DNA from: Octopus vulgaris
Taxonomy: Eukaryota
Reading direction: 5' to 3'
Assembly (NCBI GenBank): GCA_951406725.2
Contig: OX597815.1
Coordinates: 118,482,001-118,546,000, forward strand
Length of the DNA stretch: 64,000 nucleotides
Shown here: positions 53,071 to 64,000 of the stretch, one piece after another
How positions within the stretch are numbered: the first letter of the stretch is position 1
How the letters are laid out: each line of letters starts with the position of its first letter
The notes under the pieces: model-generated
Database searches by the model: none
Seen by the model: the letters and a program-made list of their open reading frames with translations, nothing else
What the model was told of the DNA's origin: nothing
Made by a program: the position numbers and the translations under genes

Positions 53071-54259
53071 TCATGTTTTTTTTTTTAAAGGCTATGCTAT
53101 TATGCTAATTAATAACGTGTCAAATGAGTCAATTGGCGGTAACATTGATTATTTTTTCCTTGCCTCAATGATGCTGGTGACATAAATTAAAAGTCCCTTT
53201 ATGGAACTATATTCATAAAAAAGTATAGAACTATATTATCACCCTCAAATTTGAGAAACAAACACTCATAACTTTTTTTCTTGAAATTCCTCGAAATGAG
53301 CTCTATCATTTAAGCTTAATCAAAATATAGATTGTTTTTAAAATAAAAAAGTTAATTATACTTAAATCCAGATTTTTGCCTTACTCGTATTTTTTTTTTT
53401 TTTTTTGCATAGGACCAAAACTATGAAATTCTTCGTGCTTTCTTCTATCCTTGAAGCTAAGATAATTATATATTTGTACTTAAAATTTTAAAATTATTTA
53501 AATCAATTTTAAATTTTATCCACAGGTGATATAAACAGTAGTGACATCTTATTTCAAACCTTAGTGTTTGGATGTTTTGTTCATAAATATTTTTGCCCCA
53601 TGTGTTGTGTTTTTAGCGCAAAACAAAACCAGTACACTAACGAATATAACGTGACAGTCTTGAATTGTTACTAGGTGGTCTACACTTAAGAGGCTCAAGG
53701 ATTAAATTTCCAAAAGCCGAAACTTGGGTGTTTGGATATCCTAAAATGGCATAATATTTCATACTTGTGCTTTTGAATGTATTAATTCTTCTCTGTTATC
53801 TTGGTACTTTGCGGTGGTTTTTATTAAGACTTTAGCTCTTATTTCTAGCAAGCTGATATTTTTCTGAATCCTTACGCTTCATACTAATTTGTGTGTGTGT
53901 GTGTGTGTGTGTATGTGTGTTTTTTTCCTTCTTTTGCATATGTGAGTTACAAGTAAATGTTATATGTGGAGCTATATTTGTAATAAATAGGAATAAGCGG
54001 TATTTGACTGCTATTTCTAAATTTTCGGTATGTAGCTAAGCAACTATATATAAAAAGTACATGTAGTATTACCCATTATAATAGGTTTATCATATCTCCT
54101 TGAAAAAGTATATTTGTATAATTGTATAACTGTATAAATGTATAAAGATTCATTGGATTTAAAAAATCTGCCCATACTGTACCACTGTTCAGCATGCAAA
54201 CTTCTTACTACATATCCACGCCTGCGCCTGATGGTAGCTAATTTTCTCCTCTCATAATT

Positions 54260-54420
54260 CCGGCTGCGGTCATGTTGGGGTATCACTTTGAAAGGTTTTA
54301 CGAACAAATCGATCCCAGTACTTAAGTTTTTAAAACCTGGTACTTATTTCACAGGGCTATTTTTGCTGAACCGCTAAGTTACGAGGGTGTAAACAAAGCA
54401 CCAACAATTGTAGGAGACAA

Positions 54421-54501
<81 letters not shown>

Positions 54502-54670
54502 TATACGACGGATTTCTTCCAGTTTCCATCTAGCAAATCTACTCACAAGATTTTGGTCGGCTCGGGGTTTTAGAAAATGACCGTTGCCCAAGGGGCCACT
54601 CAGTGGGAATGAACCTGAAACCACGTGGTTGGGAAGCAAGCTTCTTACTGCATAATCAAGCTTGTACCTA
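54260..54670 (-). mobile_element. SINE family B
   Basis: Reverse-complement tail and body with an internal (TA)n tract. Confidence 0.7.
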
Positions 54671-54939
54671 CGTAGTTCGTGTTTTGAGTTTTGTTTAGTT
54701 TTGTAATATGTTGCGTTGTGTCAGCTAGCGTGATTTACAGCGAATATATATTCACGTTGTGGAGGCTTGTTAGTATTTCAGAAATTTTTGTGTTGCTGTA
54801 ACCAAAATAATTTAAATTACATAGAAATGTCATTGACATAGAGGCAGGTAAATACGAGATAAAATTGTAAATAATGTCAGGAAGAATGCGAAATTGAAAA
54901 TAACGTATAACAACATGGTTTTTTTTTTTAAATAATAGT

Positions 54940-55555
54940 TCCAAATTTTGGTCCAAGGCAAACAATTTTGAGGGACGGAGTAAGTCAGTTATATCGATCT
55001 CAGTTCTTGACTGGTACTTATTAACCTAAAAGAGATGAAAGCAAAGTCGACCCCGGTGGAATTTGAACTCAGAACGTAAAGAGCCGAAAGAAATGCCGTT
55101 AAGCATTTTGTCCGACATGCAAATGAGTCTGCCAGCTCACCACCTTTTTATATGTTTAATATCCCTTTCTTTAAAGGCGGAGAGCTGGCGGAAGCCGGGT
55201 AAAATGCTTATCGACATTTCGTCTGTCTTAACGTTCTCAGTTCAATTGCCGCAGGAGCCTAACCCTTTCGGGGTTGATAAAAGAAGTATCAGTTGAACAT
55301 GGGGTCGATGTATTCAACTTAGCTCCTCTCCCAAAATTGCTGGCCTTGTGCCAAAATTTAAACCAGCATTCCTTTCTACTATAGTCACAAGTCCTAGAAT
55401 TTTGGAGGAAAGGGTTAATCGATTACATCGACCTCATTGTTCTCAAATGATATTTATTTTGGTGACCGCGGCGGAATTCGAATCCAGAACGTAGAGACAG
55501 ACTAAACGCCGCTAAGCATTTTGTCCGATGTGCTAACGATTCTGCCAGAATCGCT
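54940..55555. mobile_element. cluster of three degenerate family A SINEs (-, +, -)
   Basis: Core and head motifs in alternating orientation. Confidence 0.7.
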
Positions 55556-55720
55556 GGTGATAAGACATGGGTTTGTAGTCTCTGCTCGATGCGTTCCGTC
55601 ATTTTGCGTGCACCTAGGAAATCCTGACGTAGATCCAGCGACGAAAGCACAGTAACGCAATTGACGCCTCGTAGCCATCAGTGGTGAATGTGCTCTACAG
55701 GCACACTACCTTGGACTTAC

Positions 55721-55760
55721 CCGTAACAAGGTTTGCACACTGCATTTTAATGTCCTCTTT
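55721..55760 (-). CDS. candidate 40-nt exon (KRTLKCSVQTLLR)
   Basis: ggtttag|AAAG...TTACGG|gtaagt; strong donor, weak acceptor; phase-compatible with 57673-57798. Confidence 0.25.
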
Positions 55761-55917
55761 CTAAACCTTAATTTATATTTTAAAATTTAGCTTATACATA
55801 CATATATATATATATAAAGTTAATCCAAACAAGAAAACAAAAAAAAAATACAGCAACGCGAGGACGTGGAACAAATAAAGTATTATTGGACGCTCAGGAA
55901 AGAAGGGAAGAAGGAGG

Positions 55918-55952
55918 GTTTAACGTTTCGAGCGGAGCTCTTCGTCGGAAAC
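55918..55952 (-). ncRNA. minimal type-I hammerhead ribozyme variant (Penelope-type)
   Basis: GTTT-CCGACGA-A-GAGC-TCC-GCTC-GAAA-C-GTT|AAAC; core has U4->C. Confidence 0.65.
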
Positions 55953-56160
55953 ATAGGAGAAGGGAAGACGGAGGGAAAAAAATCGCTGGCGGTACTCACG
56001 AGGTCACATATTGAAAGACCGGAAGTTGAAAGGTTGAAAAATAATGTTTTTTAAAGACAGGAGAGTTTCAAAGACAGTATGGTAAGAACAAGGAAATGTG
56101 TGTGGATGGGTGTGTGTGTATGTGTGCAATGAGGACAATATATATATATATATATATATC

Positions 56161-56675
56161 AGGCGTGGGTGTGTAGTAAGTAGCCTGCTTACCAACCACA
56201 TGGTTCCGGGTTTAATGGTTCCGGGTTTAGTCCTACTGCGTAGCACCTTGAGCAAGTGTCTTCTACTCTGTGTGTGTGTGTGTGTTTGTGTGTCTGTGTT
56301 TGTCCCCCACTATCACTTGACAACCAATGCTGGTGTGTTTACGTCCCCGTAACTTAGCGGTTCGGCAAAGAGACCGATAGAATAAGTGTTAGGCTTACAA
56401 AAGAATAAGTTCTTGGGTCGATTTGTATATATATATATATATATATTTGTATGTGAGTGTAAATGTTTGTGTGTCTGTGTTTGTCACCCGACGTCGCTTG
56501 ACAATCGATTTTGTTGTGTTTACATCCCCGTAACTTAGCTGTTTGGCAAGAGAGACCGATAGAATAAGTAGTACTAGGCTTACAAAGAATAAGTCCTGGG
56601 GTCGATTTGCTCGACTAAAGGTGGTGCTCCAGCATGGCCACAGTCAAATGACTGAAACAAATAAAAGAGTAAAAG
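56161..56675 (+). mobile_element. SINE family B with a duplicated 3' half
   Basis: Head and CORE-like CACCTTGAGCAAGTGTCTTCTAC; tail GGTGGTGCTCCAGCATGGCCACAGTCAAATGACTGAAAC. Confidence 0.85.
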
Positions 56676-57044
56676 AGATTCAAAATGATGTTTAATTTTT
56701 TTCAATTTTCATGTTTATAATTTTTTTTTTTCCATTTTCATGTTCATTAATTTTTTTCAGTTTTGTAGGATTTGTTATTAAAATATCAGATTCAAAATGA
56801 TGTTTCATCTTTTCACTGTCTATGTTTATTCATTTTTCTTTTTTTTTTTATTGAGGGTTAAGCAATTTTTTTTAGTTCAAGATGATGACCAAAGGTACCG
56901 ATATTTCTCGTAAAACAGGGGGAGATAACCCGATTTTTTAATGGAGTGAGATAACCAAAAAGTACCGATTAAATAGGTAGTTAGATAGTTAGGTAGGTAA
57001 GTAGGTAGGTAGGTTGATAGACAGACAGACAGATAGTTGTTAGG

Positions 57045-57118
<74 letters not shown>

Positions 57119-57672
57119 TAAGAAAGAGACGAATAAAGGAAGAAAAAAGAAAGAAAGAGAGAAAGAGATGGGAAAAGGGAGAGATCATGAACAGTAATGA
57201 GGCGTTGGAGAAAGCATTTTACTCAAAAGAGATGACCAAAGGTCAGTAAATACGGCCTACTTCGGTCAAAGGCTGAAGATAGATAGATAGAGAAGAAAGG
57301 AAGAACAAGGGATGGGGGAAAAGAAAAATAGAAGGAGAAAATAAGAGATCATGAATAATCAATACTGATGCGATGGAGAAAGCATTTTACTCAAAAGAGA
57401 TTACCAAAAGGTCAGTAAGTAAGCCGAAGTTTGATCAAAAACTTAGGCATGGACAAAGAGTGAGGAGTTCATTTCAGGAAGTGTTACAGAAGAATGTCAA
57501 TGTAATACGTTCTTGAGTACGAATGGGCTAAAGCTACGTATGACCACACCTACTCTGTTTTGGCAGAATGGGAGTGGTTACAAATAGCTTGAATAGTAAA
57601 CGATTGATCTCAAGCCTGCGATGAAAGGAGTTAAAAAAGCAAAAAAAAGCTCCTATTGTGTTAAACGTTTAC

Positions 57673-57798
57673 CTGTGTCCACTCCCATTTCCGCCAACGC
57701 ATGACGTCAGCCTTCTGATATTCCTTGGGAACCTTTGCTCACTTGAAATATAGTTAATTTTCTGCCCACTTTGCCTCTCACCATTCCTTTCTTCGGAG
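57673..57798 (-). CDS. candidate 126-nt exon, phase 2-2 (SEERNGERQSGQKINYISSEQRFPRNIRRLTSCVGGNGSGH)
   Basis: C-rich tract ...cccgatcag|C ... GACACAG|gtaaac; open frame; length a multiple of 3. Confidence 0.35.
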
Positions 57799-57902
57799 CT
57801 GATCGGGTGGGGTGGGTGGGGGTGAGGGTGGGGTGAGGTGTGGTGGGGTTGGTGAGGGTGGGGTGAGGGGAGTGGAATCTAGCGGATATAGCATTACAGT
57901 TG

Positions 57903-58290
57903 CCAGGTATGGCTGTGTGGTAAGAAGCTTGCTTCCCAACCACATGATCCCGGGTTCAGTCCCACTGCGTGGTACCTTGGACAAGTGTCTCGTACTATAG
58001 CTTCGAACCGAACAAAGTGTTGTGAGTGGATTTAGTAGAAACTGAAAGAAGCCCGTTGCATATGTGTGTGTGTGTGTGTGTGTGTTGTTTGTCCCCCTCC
58101 CAGCGCTTGGTAATCGGTCTTGGTTTGTTTACATCCCGTAACTTAGCAACTCTGTAAAAGAGACCGATAGAATAAGTAACTGGTTTAAAATAAAGTATCG
58201 GGGTCGATTCGTTCGACTAAAATCCTTCAAGGTGGTGCCCCAGCATAGCCGCAGTCTAATGATTGAAACACATACATGGTAAAAGATAAA
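57903..58290 (+). mobile_element. SINE family B
   Basis: TGGCTGTGTGGTAAG...GGTTCAGTCCC...tail GGTGGTGCCCCAGCATAGCCGCAGTC. Confidence 0.85.
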
Positions 58291-58356
58291 AATCTACATC
58301 ATCAAAATCCCGAAGTTCCGCGATAATGCATGGTAAATTCAAAACAATATGAATAC

Positions 58357-58494
58357 GTAAGCATTACATTTAACAGAGTCTTCTGAATGGTAAAGGTTTG
58401 ATCCAGTGGAGTGAACATCTGCGTAGGAGGCGGTGGGGAATAAGTAACTGGAACAAAATTAGTAACTTCCGATTTCTTATCGTTTCCTCCCTGC
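58357..58494 (-). CDS. candidate exon (QGGNDKKSEVTNFVPVTYSPPPPTQMFTPLDQTFTIQKTLLN)
   Basis: tgtttcaaacag|G acceptor; open, protein-like frame; donor uncertain (58368 or 58357). Confidence 0.35.
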
Positions 58495-58586
58495 CTGTTT
58501 GAAACAATCACATTGCAAGTGTTGCATCACCATTTTGTACTGTTGCATCATCTTTAGCAGAAAAGCTGATCAGCATAGGTGTTGTT

Positions 58587-58938
58587 CAGTTCTATATTTA
58601 AGAGATGAGAAATTATGTACATTATTTACATTTGATAGGTATTTGTCCTCATCTTGTTTTGTTGTTAAAACAACGTTTCGGCTGATATACCCTCCACCTT
58701 CTTCAGGTGTCTTGGGGAGAGTTTGAACCTGGGTTCTCATTCCTAAGGTATTCTTCGATGTTGTTGTTGTTGTTGTTATTATTATTATTATTATTATTTA
58801 GGTCGCTACCTGGAATCGAACTCGGAATCTTGGGGTTTGTAGCCCGCGCTCTTAACCACAACGCCATGTGCCCGTGGGCATATGTTGTGTTAACAACAAA
58901 CAAGACGAGGACAAATATCCGTTGAATGTAAATAATGT
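58587..58938 (-). mobile_element. tRNA-head/hammerhead retroelement with an inverted partial end and a 12-bp TSD
   Basis: Full copy 58879->58587 (A-box TGGCGTTGTGGT, B-box GAGTTCGATTCC, (AAT)n, hammerhead); inverted fragment 58883-58938; TSD ATAGGTGTTGTT at 58575-58586 and 58939-58950. Confidence 0.88.
58667..58711 (-). ncRNA. minimal type-I hammerhead ribozyme
   Basis: GACAC-CTGAAGA-A-GG(c)TG-GAGGGTATAT-CAGCC-GAAA-C-GTT|GTTTT. Confidence 0.7.
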
Positions 58939-60034
58939 ATAGGTGTTGTTGTTGAAGTTGAGGGAGTCCGAAGCTTAGTCAGGTGGCAGGTCCTTTTTTT
59001 TTTCAAGAAATTTTCCCTCAACTTTTACCCTATTATAATTAAGGTTGCTAGCAAAATACCCAGATAATTTTTGGTGTTTAATAATCAATATTCTTTTAAT
59101 TGTTGGATTCCAAGTCAATTTTTACCCACACTAATGTCTAATTTGATAACTTTCAAGTTTCAAACAAAACAAAATGATGTCTAAAATGGTGTAGAATAAG
59201 TTTTGTTGTGTTTACAACTGCTTCAAAGAGTTATGTTGTATATTTAGCACGGAGACAAGACGGGCTTGAAGTAAGGCCAGTACGTCAATGGTAAAGTCAC
59301 ATATGGCAACAAAAGGACTCTGTCAAGCCACACCAACATAGTGACCAAACGATTAATCAAGCAAATGGTTAGGTGATTGATTAACTAGAAGGACTAATAG
59401 CAAAAACTGTTTCCGATCATAGGGAATGGGGATAGTCTTATCTCAGTATTTAACTGATGCTTACTTACTTTATCGATTCCAAAATGATGAGAGACAACGT
59501 CCACCCTGCCCGCATTTGAACTCAGAACGTAAAGTCGGAAGAAATGCCGCTAAGGATTTTTTTCCGGTGCGGTTTCGATTCTGCTTGCTCGCCGCCTACC
59601 AAGAGCTAAAATATCAACGGCCTGAACGAATAACTATCGAAATTGCTACAAACGCAAATATGTCGGGCGTCAAATCTGAGTCTATCGGAACACATCTGAC
59701 TGCCAGAAATATTCGGTAGAGAAAAAACAAACCGCATTTATAGTCCTCATAATCAGTGGAGCCAATGAGTTGACCCCCCCCCCCCTCCTCTACAACTCTT
59801 TGCAAGTATTTTTCACAAATTAGATGGCAAGTGGTGGATCTATTTTAAGTACTGAAAACCCCTTCGGTCGAAATCCTGGATACACCCGTGTTTCGTTCAA
59901 TAAACGTCATTGTCATATACGTATATCAATAAATTCCTATGGAATTGTTTTGAAACAGATATTGTTATATTTGGAAGAAGTCATTTTCTTTTTCTTTTTT
60001 TTTTGTTTTTGTTTTGCCAAATAAACACATGCAC

Positions 60035-60101
60035 TATTTGTTCGTTCTTCACTTTAGATATATATCTTGTTTGTCCTTCATCATCATTATCATCATTTAT
60101 G

Positions 60102-60153
<52 letters not shown>

Positions 60154-60230
60154 AGTGGTGGTGGTGGTGGTGGTGGGGATGATTATGATGAACAAAAACA
60201 AAATAGTCTAAAGTGAAGAACAAATATATA
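60035..60230. repeat. imperfect foldback centred on (CAT)n/(GAT)n
   Basis: GTTCTTCACTTTAGA...TTCATCAT mirrored by ATGATGAA...TCTAAAGTGAAGAAC. Confidence 0.75.
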
Positions 60231-60395
60231 GTCGTGTATATATTTTCATTCTTCGTTATATATCAATAAACGTATACGAGTAAGTCAGTCAAATCAAAAT
60301 ACATTAGCTTTTCAGACACTCCTATTTCGCAAATAATCCCACCCCAAACAGTACCAACGGAAACAAATGTACGTAAAACAAACAAATATATATGG

Positions 60396-60444
60396 ACGTG
60401 GCTGACGAAGAGCCAACTAGCTCAAAACTGGACCAGTCCCAAGT
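60396..60444 (+). ncRNA. type-I hammerhead ribozyme (G12->A variant)
   Basis: TGG-CTGACGA-A-GAGC-CAACTA-GCTC-aAAA-CTGG-A-CCAG-TC|CCA; GUC cleavage triplet; palindromic stem III. Confidence 0.65.
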
Positions 60445-60579
60445 TGCTGTTAGTTAAATGGGGTATTAGTATGGGTTCTCTCCTCCTGCTAGCAATGTAT
60501 TGTATATAAAGGATACAGGTCATGCATTGAAAACCAGCCAGCGGAGAATCTGCCTGGGATTAAACTAGTAGTAACATTC

Positions 60580-60640
60580 ACCTGCTACTTCGATGTGGAG
60601 ATTTGTTTATACGCATAAACAAGTTTCCACATCGAAAGCG

Positions 60641-60643
<3 letters not shown>
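60580..60643 (+). other. long stem-loop (about 29 bp)
   Basis: ACCTGCT.CTTCGATGTGGAGATTTGTTTAT-ACGC-ATAAACAAGTTTCCACATCGAAAGCGGGT. Confidence 0.85.
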
Positions 60644-60676
<33 letters not shown>

Positions 60677-60814
60677 CATATATATCGCCGAGGTCGACTT
60701 TGCCTTTCATCCTTTTAGGGTCGATAAATAAAGTACCAGTTACGCACTGGAGTCGACTTAATCCCTTTGTCCTTGTTTGTCCCCCTCTATGTTTAGCCCC
60801 TTGTGGGCAAAATA

Positions 60815-61126
<312 letters not shown>

Positions 61127-63220
61127 TGGCAGATCTTTGTAGACACCGTCACAGACATATGTGCAAAACACTCCCCACCAAGACCTGTGAACAAAAAGTG
61201 CAGAATTCCCCAAAACAGAAAAACCATTATCAGAAAAATAAAAAGAACAAACAAAAAAATTAACAAACTAAAGTACTGCCAACAGCAACACACACATTCG
61301 ACGGCTATCGCACTGCATGAATCCAAAAAATATAACCTCCAACAATGCATGAAGACCCTCATCAATAACCAAAGATCAGCTGAGGAGAAGTGGGCCATTG
61401 AAAAAATCAAACTCAACCCCAAAGTGTTCTTTTCATTTGCGAGGAAACGCAGGGTCACTGTCTCCACTGTAGGCCCTCTAATTGACGAAACTGGCACTCT
61501 CCAAGATAATGCCAAATCCATGGCCGAGATACTGCAGAAACAATACTGCTCTGTTTTCAGCAATCCTGATATGGCCGATCTGGGCTGTATCAGTGATGTC
61601 AACCCCCAACACACTATATCGGACATAACGTTTAGTGCCCCTGATGTCTTAGCGGCGATAAACGAAATAAAACACAATTCAGCAGTAGGCCCCGATAGGT
61701 TCCTTGCTTGTGTCCTGAAGGTGTGTCGACACCAACTTGCATCTCCCCTTGCTAATCTGTGGAGAAACTCACTGGATGCTGGCTATATTCCAAAAAACCT
61801 TCTGTCCCAGTCTGTTGTCCCAGTTTTCAAAAAGGGAAACAAGTCCCTTGCAGTGAATTACCGTCCGATCTCACTCACCTCTCATATCATCAAGGTATTT
61901 GAGAGGGTGGTGAGATCTCGAATAACCCAATTTCTGGAAAGCAACAGACGGCTGATCTCCAACCAACATGGGTTCCGTAATGGAAGGGACTGCCTAACGC
62001 AGCTCCTGCATCACTTTGAGGACATTTTGAGAGCTTTGGGAGAGGGCTCCAACACCGATGTCATCTACCTTGATTTCAGTAAGGCCTTCGACAGGGTCGA
62101 TCACAAGATCCTATTGAAAAAACTATCCAACATTGGTGTCTCTGGAAAGTTACTGAAATGGATCAAGTGTTTCCTGACAGACAGATCTCAACATGTTGTA
62201 GTTGAAGGGGTAAAATCAAGCCCAGCCAAAGTCAGTAGTGGCGTTCCGCAAGGCACTGTGCTGGGCCCACTTCTTTTCATCATTTACATTAATGACATTA
62301 ATGACATCATCAAGCACAGCAACATAAAAATCTTTGCAGATGACTCCAAGCTACAGAGGGTCATAAATGAGGCGAGTGACCGGACATGCCTTCAGTCAGA
62401 TCTACTGGCTGTTATCCAATGGGCAGAAAAAAACAATATGCTGCTGAACGAGGATAAATTTGAGCTAATCCACTTTGGAAAAGAGGATGCCCTGAAACTC
62501 CCATACTCCCTTCCTTCAGGTGAAACTCTCGCGGCGTCCAACAACATCAGAGACTTGGGAGTAATTGTGGACAACAACATAAGCTGGGCCACTCATATAA
62601 ACACCAAAGTTGACATGGCCCGCAGAATGTGTTCCTGGATTCTCAGAACTTTCCAGTCGAGAGATATCCACACCATTATCCTTCTCTTCTCCACTTTTGC
62701 CCGACCCCACCTTGAATACTGTTGTCCACTGTGGTCTCCCCACACAATACAAGGTATCATAAAAGTTGAAGCACCTCAAAGGGCAATCACAAAAAAGATA
62801 GATGGCATGACAGGCCTCGACTATTGGGGTCGACTAGAAAAGCTAAAACTCTATTCTCTCCAACGTCGTCGTGAGCGCTACATCATCTGCATGATGTGGA
62901 AAATATTCCATCAGCATTGCCCAAATGATGTTGGCATCACCTTTAAGGTACATCCAAGGCTTGGGCCCCGTGCCATCCGCCCAAAACAAAAATCGCACTC
63001 TCATCTCATAACAACAATACGGCACAATTATTTCACCTCAATTGGCCCCGCTCTCTTTAACATTACACCAAAACACATTAAAACAGAAACTGACCCTATA
63101 GGGTTCAAGAAGTCTTTGGACAGATTCCTTCAAGAAATCCCGGATAAACCCCCTACACCCGGATATGTCTCTGTAAACAATAACTCTCTACTTGAGTGGG
63201 CCATAGTGCCCAAATTCTAA
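61127..63220 (+). CDS. LINE ORF2 reverse transcriptase (CR1-group), 5'-truncated, no APE domain
   Basis: About 697 uninterrupted codons with [53 protein letters not shown]. Confidence 0.95.
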   Translation, partial: WQIFVDTVTDICAKHSPPRPVNKKCRIPQNRKTIIRKIKRTNKKINKLKYCQQQHTHSTAIALHESKKYNLQQCMKTLINNQRSAEEKWAIEKIKLNPKVFFSFARKRRVTVSTVGPLIDETGTLQDNAKSMAEILQKQYCSVFSNPDMADLGCISDVNPQHTISDITFSAPDVLAAINEIKHNSAVGPDRFLACVLKVCRHQLASPLANLWRNSLDAGYIPKNLLSQSVVPVFKKGNKSLAVNYRPISLTSHIIKVFERVVRSRITQFLESNRRLISNQHGFRNGRDCLTQLLHHFEDILRALGEGSNTDVIYLDFSKAFDRVDHKILLKKLSNIGVSGKLLKWIKCFLTDRSQHVVVEGVKSSPAKVSSGVPQGTVLGPLLFIIYINDINDIIKHSNIKIFADDSKLQRVINEASDRTCLQSDLLAVIQWAEKNNMLLNEDKFELIHFGKEDALKLPYSLPSGETLAASNNIRDLGVIVDNNISWATHINTKVDMARRMCSWILRTFQSRDIHTIILLFSTFARPHLEYCCPLWSPHTIQGIIKVEAPQRAITKKIDGMTGLDYWGRLEKLKLYSLQRRRERYIICMMWKIFHQHCPNDVGITFKVHPRLGPRAIRPKQKSHSHLITTIRHNYFTSIGPALFNITPKHIKTETDPIGFKKSLDRFLQEIPDKPPTPGYVSVNNNSLLEWAIVPKF

Positions 63221-63304
63221 CTTGAAAGACTTCACCAGGTGGTGCTATTAAGTTAGACATGGCCTGGGCCAATAATGGCCGAAACCTATCAAAGTATCAA
63301 AGTA
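61127..63304 (+). mobile_element. young 5'-truncated CR1-like LINE inserted in a (TA)n tract
   Basis: Open ORF2, short 3' UTR with a stem-loop, terminal (TATCAAAG)2 repeat, TA microsatellite on both sides. Confidence 0.93.
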
Positions 63305-63404
63305 TATATGCATATATATATATATATATATGCATGTATATATATATATATATGCATGCATATATATATATATATATATATGCATATATATATATATATA
63401 TATC

Positions 63405-63803
<399 letters not shown>

Positions 63804-63831
63804 TATATATGCATATATACATACATTTATG

Positions 63832-63862
<31 letters not shown>

Positions 63863-63877
63863 GTGTGTGTGTGTTTG

Positions 63878-64000
63878 AAGGCACATGGCCAAGTGGTAAG
63901 AGCAGCGGACTCGCGGTCGAGGGATCGCGGGTTCGATTTTCAGACCGGGCGATGCGTGTGTTTATGAGCAAAACACCTAAGCTCCACGTGGCTGCGGCAG
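63878..64000 (+). mobile_element. SINE family C, 5' part (runs off the window)
   Basis: GGCACATGGCCAAGTGGTAAGAGCAGCGGACTCGCGG...GGTTCGATTTTC. Confidence 0.8.

Overview
AT-rich, microsatellite-saturated eukaryotic DNA. The SINE families and repeat composition point to a coleoid cephalopod, probably Octopus (inference). Most ORFs in the supplied track are microsatellite artefacts. The window is largely a transposon graveyard. It holds three tRNA-type SINE families, a 5'-truncated CR1-like LINE with an open ORF2 (61127-63304) and remnants of RTE, RLE-type, CR1/Jockey and Penelope (GIY-YIG) retroelements. DNA elements include mariner/Tc1, pogo, Chapaev3-like, hAT, piggyBac and Helitron-type copies. 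RNA-gene-derived sequences are a 5S rRNA fragment fused to a LINE-type tail and a pair of decayed tRNA-Phe copies in a foldback. Several short minus-strand exon candidates, two of them signal-peptide-like, suggest the window lies in the introns of one or more minus-strand genes (low confidence). The most striking finding is six minimal type-I hammerhead ribozyme motifs in three non-autonomous element families. One family has a tRNA-like (Pol III) head, an (AAT)n linker, a hammerhead, a Penelope-type inverted end and TSDs. Also notable are a covarying 3' stem-loop shared by LINE, SINE and 5S-chimera tails, and an unusual density of long inverted duplications.
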